This document shows positions 59,501-64,000 of a stretch of DNA of 64,000 nucleotides, in pieces. The notes beneath the pieces were generated by a model. That model had not been told where the DNA came from. It did not search any database and worked only from the letters and a program-made list of their open reading frames with translations. The stretch is from Cetorhinus maximus. Taxonomy: Eukaryota. A program made the translations under genes and the position numbers. Each line of letters starts with the position of its first letter. The stretch's first letter is position 1. The stretch lies in the NCBI RefSeq assembly GCF_964194155.1, contig NC_135899.1:70990001-71054000 (forward strand), written 5' to 3'.

Positions 59501-61894
59501 GTCACCACTGTCTGTGAGGGCACAACTAGCTTCACAAGGCTGTTGCTATTCTCCTTATTCTAGTCCAGCAGAATATATAACTAAATTTATAATGTGATTC
59601 CTTTACTTGCCTATCAGAAACTCACTCTCCTCATCCCCCACAACGTAAATCCAGTCTTTGGCTTGCTTAACCACACCATCCTCCTCCAAAGCCTCACCAC
59701 CATTGTTAGCTGGGTGGCACTGCACTTGCCTGGTTTCATTCTTATCTTTCCAGTCATAACCAGGAAATCACCTGCAATAGCTTCCCTTCCTGCTTCCTCA
59801 CCTTTACCTCAGGTGTCCTCCGAGGATCCATCCTGGGCTCCCTCCTATTTCTCATCTACATGCTGCCCCTCTGTTAAGGCAACAGTAAAAACAAATAGAT
59901 TTAAATAGACCCAAGCAAAGCAACACAATGCCCTGGACAGTGACATTTCATAGTGAGTTTTCTTAGCGTCAGTTCCTGTAGACAGCAATTTAGTGCATAG
60001 AGGCTGGAGGCTTTTCACACTTGTGTTAGATCTTAGAATGCCTTCTCCCCTTGCCCATAGTCTCATCTCCTTTATACATGTTTCTCCATTTTTAATGCAA
60101 ATTCCATTGTTCCAATATATCTTTGCAACTTTACTTTTCTCATAATATAAATCTTTCATAGTGCTAATGTGATCAGTAACGTTTGGGAAAAATAAACACA
60201 GTGTTTGGCTTAGCTTCTTCTGGCTAAGTGTAACATCTTACCATCTCTTTGAAATTCAAACTACTCTGTTTTATCTAAAAATGCTAATTTTCCTTATACC
60301 TCACATTCTGAAACTTCAGCCACGTTTACTTATTTAGCATTTCAAACCTAGCTTCCTTTTTGATAACTCAAAGCCTCCAGACCAGCTGACTCCAACGTAA
60401 TTAAATCCCACACACGCACACTATCCAAACCCCACTATTAACCTACCTTTGCAATTAATCACAATAATACTATGAAAATTATTATATTTTCATAACGCCC
60501 TCCCTTCCATGTAATCTCCTCCAGCCCTGCAACCTTCCAAACCTGCACTCATCCAGCTCTAGCCTCCTGAGCACCCTGAGATAATAATTGCTCCCCCATT
60601 GATTGTCATGCCTTCAGCTGCCTAGGCCCTAAGCTCTGGAATTCCCTGCCTAAGCCTTTTCACAAATTTTTCCTAATTAAGACACTCCCTAAAATCCATC
60701 TCTTTGGCCAAACTTTTGGTCATTGACCCTAGTATCTCCTCATGAGGCTCAGTGTCAAACTTTGTTCTTGTTCGTGCTTCGAGGTGAAGGTGACTATGTT
60801 CAGCACCTGGGCTCTTTGGTAGGGTTCCAATGAGTACGTAGGTGACTGCTAAGGTCAATTTGTGCCTGGCAGGTTCTGCTGCAGATAGAACACTGCAGAT
60901 GATTCAGTTCTGGATGAGTTGCAGGCTCAGGATTTCGTCTCCTTGCATTTTCTCTTTAGCTCTGATATTTGCTTGCTTTTAACAGAGGCAGCACCATTTT
61001 TTAATGTGGTTGAGCCAGGTGCAGTGATCCTGGGTGAACTTCTCCCAGGACTCGAAGTTGATATCAAAGCTCCCAAGTAAAGCCTTCAGAGTGTCCTTGT
61101 AGCGCTTCTGTTGACTGTCATGAGAGCGCACCCCAGACTCTAGCTCTCCATAGAAGATTCACTTTGGTAAGCGAGTGTCAGGCGTTCTGGCTACCTGACC
61201 AAGGCAACTCAGTTGCGACTGTCACAATAAGGTGCAGAAGTTTGTTCTGTCAGCCCAGGTGAGCACCTCAGTATCGAGTATTTTGTCCTGCCACCTGATC
61301 TTCAGAAGCTTCTGAAGGCAGCTCCATTGAAAGTGGTCGACCTTCTTAGCATGATGTTGGGACACAGCCCAAGTCCGGCAGGTGTAAAGCAGAGTGGGCA
61401 GGACTATTGCTCTATAGCCTTTCAGCTTGTAGGCAGAATTATTCCTTCTCATTCCCAGACTGATGTTCGAAGTCTGCTGAAGGCTACCTTTGCTTTGGCA
61501 ATTCTTGCATGTCATCTATATAGGCAGATGCTGTGAAGCAACTTGGGAGATTTCAGTACCTTAAAGGTACTATGTAAATACAGGTTGTTGTTACCATGAA
61601 AGGCAAAGAGCTGCATTCTAAAAATTCTAAGATACTAATTTAATATTATCAGTTGCACAAATCTGTTCACACACAATGACGTAAAATACCTAGAATATCA
61701 TTAGGTGGGAGAAGACATGATTTTTAAGTTCCTGACATTACTCAGAGCTAGCTAAGGCATTCTCCTGCATACAGATTCTACATCATCACTCCATAAATGA
61801 CAGCTGTCTCTCACCTGTGATTATTCCTGATAGAATGCTCATTGCCATGGTAACAAGCATAGCTGTTGGCCAGTAGTCAGCGTACATTGTCTTT
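53545..61894 (-). CDS. RHCE: Rh blood group Rh30 (RHCE/RHD-like) gene, 3' part (exons 8-10); 5' exons are outside the window
   Basis: Exons 61815-61894 (80 nt), 56304-56377 (74 nt) and 53545-53571 (27 nt) have the sizes and phases recalled for human RH exons 8, 9 and 10. C-terminus ...[26 protein letters not shown] versus human ...YFDDQVFWK-FPHLAVGF*. Confidence 0.88.
54011..55183. mobile_element. MITE (same family as 62891-63809, opposite orientation) with nested CR1 3' fragment at 54322-54805
   Basis: Shared internal palindrome catgtgacattgtcacatg; end aagattcagccc; CR1 ORF 54309..54632 and (ttctatgt)n tail; ATGT on both CR1 flanks. Confidence 0.85.
56304..56377 (-). CDS. RHCE: RH exon 9 equivalent
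   Basis: tttgcag / gtaagg ends; [25 protein letters not shown]. Confidence 0.9.
56440..56760 (+). mobile_element. DeuSINE/SacSINE1-like SINE
   Basis: gacactccagtg...actgagggg.tgctgcattgtc.g.ggtgcc...ggat.agatgttaaac.gagg central domain as recalled for DeuSINEs. Confidence 0.6.
57480..58500 (-). mobile_element. Decayed LINE (family of 400-1540)
   Basis: [22 protein letters not shown]; direct similarity to 700-1320. Confidence 0.7.
60780..61530 (-). mobile_element. RTE (BovB-like) LINE 3' fragment
   Basis: [15 protein letters not shown]...[14 protein letters not shown]. Confidence 0.75.
61815..61894 (-). CDS. RHCE: RH exon 8 equivalent
   Basis: ttttcag / gtgaga ends; [27 protein letters not shown] (last transmembrane helix). 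Confidence 0.8.
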
Positions 61895-62890
61895 CTGAAA
61901 ACAAAAAAATCCACAAAGCTTAGAACTGTGCCAAAAAGAAAACTACAGGTGCATCTTTTACAAGTCTGCAGAGCCAATGGGGAGTCTAACCTGCCAGCAG
62001 CAGAAATTGGTCATTCAGGTGAACAATATTAAAATGAACACTGAGAAAATGGTGAGTGACGCATGCCTGTATTTCTGATTTGTACTTCTGGTGGGCTTGT
62101 AAAATTACATTTAGAAAACACAGATTGCAGGAGGCATGATAACCTCTCTACAACGTTGTAGCTACTTCTTGGTAAAATACAGAATGTGTTTTGCTTCTTG
62201 AACTGATGTGACTGCAGGGCAATAGGATAATTCTCCAATTTTAGTTCTGTATTAAATAGAATCCCTAGAATCCTGCAACACTTCAAAGCCAATCTCTGCC
62301 ACAAGACGGTTAAATTCTGCAGGATAGGATAGACTCGTAATCTTACAGCTTTAAAGAGGCTATTTGGCTCATTGTGACAGTGATGGCTTTTCAAAAATGC
62401 TCTACAATTTAGTCAATTTAGCAAAGAAATGTAGATTCTGTGGAACATTGCCAAGGGAGCTAAATATATTTATGTCTTTAGAAGGTGTAACAGCAGATAC
62501 TTTTGGATCCAACAACTCTTGAACTTTAAATTTATGATCCCTGATGAGAAGGAGAGGATATAGAGAGCAACAGCAGATGAAGTGCTAATACGGTGATCAT
62601 CAGCAGCATCATCAGCCGACCACACAATCCATAGCCAGCCAGTCTTCCTGTGGTCAACCACCCACCCTGCAACAACACCTTCAGCAAAGATTACTGCCCT
62701 CAAAGACTATTGCAGCTAAATTTAGAAAAGGAATGCTCCATTTATTTTCAGTTCACCCCATAGTAGTGGAGGAGATCTTCCCCACAGCCATCAAACCCCC
62801 TATTTTTTTTTAGTATAAAACCAGAAAATGCTGGAAAAACTCAGCAGGTCTGGCAGCATCTGAAGATGAGTCATACGGACTTGAAACATG

Positions 62891-63809
62891 GGGCAGGACT
62901 TTACCGTCGGCGAGCGGGGGGTGGGGGGTGCCCACTCGCCGACGCGGGATGACATCGGGCGGAACTCCCGATGTCACCGTGCGGCATTTAAATTTTCAGG
63001 AAGGCGGGGGTGCAGAAAAATCAGTTGCAGGCCCGCAGACCTGTCAATGGCCAACTGAGACCATTGACAGAGCAATTAAAGTAATTAGTGGACCTGCCCG
63101 TCCAACCTTAAGGTTGGCGGGTCGGCCAGGAGCCCCGGCGGCAACTAGAGAAAACATGAAACCTCATCCATCAGCGGGATGAGGTTTCATGTCGGGTTTT
63201 AAAAATTTTAATAAAGTTATTTTGGAAATTATGAACATGTCCCAACTCCATGTGACATTGTCACAGGAGGGGACAGGTAAGGGAATTATGTTTTCTATTT
63301 TTAACATTTTTGAAAGTAGAGCCGATCTCCCTGAGGCTGCACTTTAGCCTCAGGGAGATGAGTGCGCTCTTTCGTAGCCTCAGGGAGATGAGTGCGCTCT
63401 TTCGTAGCCTCAGGGAGATGAGTGCGCTCTTTCGTAGCCTCAGGGAGATGAATGCGCTCTTTCGTAGCCTCAGGGAGATGAATGCGCTCTTTCATAGCCT
63501 CAGGGAGATGAGTGCGCTCTTTCATAGCCTCAGGGAGATGAATGCGCTCTTTCATAGCCTCAGGGAGATGAGTGCGCTCTTTTGTGCGCATGCGCGAAAG
63601 AGCGCACTCTTGATTTTAGGGATTCCACCCCCCCCCACCCCCGGCCTGCACAGGGAGCGCATAGCGCTTCCCTGCGGACATCACGCTGGGCGGGCCTTAA
63701 TCGGCCCACCCATGTAAAATGGCGCCGCGCCTCCGATCGGGGCACCGATCGGAAGCGCACCCGCCCATCAACTTCCCCCCCCAACGGGTGGGGGGGGGAA
63801 ATTCTGCCC
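62891..63809. mobile_element. MITE with GGGCAG termini inserted in a Penelope-derived palindromic element (62820-62890 and 63810-63920)
   Basis: gggcaggactt / aattctgccc ends; flanks ATG/ATT; host arms are contiguous once the MITE is removed. Confidence 0.8.
63346..63585. repeat. 30-bp minisatellite, 8 copies
   Basis: agcctcagggagatgagtgcgctctttcgt repeated with 1-2 variant positions per copy. Confidence 0.95.
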
Positions 63810-64000
63810 ATTATCTCTGTTTCTCTCTCCACAGATGCTGCCAGACCTGCTGAGTTTTTCCAGCATTCCCTGTTTTAATTTCAGATTTCCAGCATCCGCA
63901 GTATTCTGCTTTTATCCCTATTTTTTAGACCGCCCCACCTGTCGGTGCTGCATCGGCCGATATCGGATTGGCAATGGCTGAGCTACTAATTTGTAACTGA

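Noticed and set aside
63301-63717. CRISPR-like array or repetitive protein ORFs
   Set aside because: Head-to-tail 30-bp units with no spacers, inside a MITE in a vertebrate genome.
62000-64000. Search for RH exon 7
   Set aside because: No minus-strand segment with Rh-like sequence and splice sites was found; it is probably beyond the window.

Overview
Eukaryotic, vertebrate genomic DNA. The repeat content (CR1, Neptune-type Penelope, DeuSINE-like and tRNA SINEs, GGGC-ended MITEs) suggests a cartilaginous fish, which is an inference. By reading splice sites and frames by hand I reconstructed five protein-coding genes: RSRP1 (-), an MGST3 paralog of the fish mgst3b type (+), an intact intronless SNRPC/U1-C copy (-) sharing a CpG-island promoter with TMEM50A (+), and the last three exons (8-10) of an Rh30 (RHCE/RHD-like) gene (-). 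This matches the human RSRP1-RHD-TMEM50A-RHCE neighbourhood, but mgst3b and the U1-C retrocopy sit where human RHD lies. The most notable observations are: (1) the intact U1-C retrogene; (2) several hammerhead-ribozyme motifs in Penelope terminal repeats, with stem covariation and variable core position 6; (3) two alternative donors in RSRP1 exon 1 that switch the first ATG between a uORF and an in-frame N-terminal extension; (4) a 33-nt x8 coding repeat in RSRP1; (5) several nested or templated insertion events. All homology calls come from recall of the families, not from searches.
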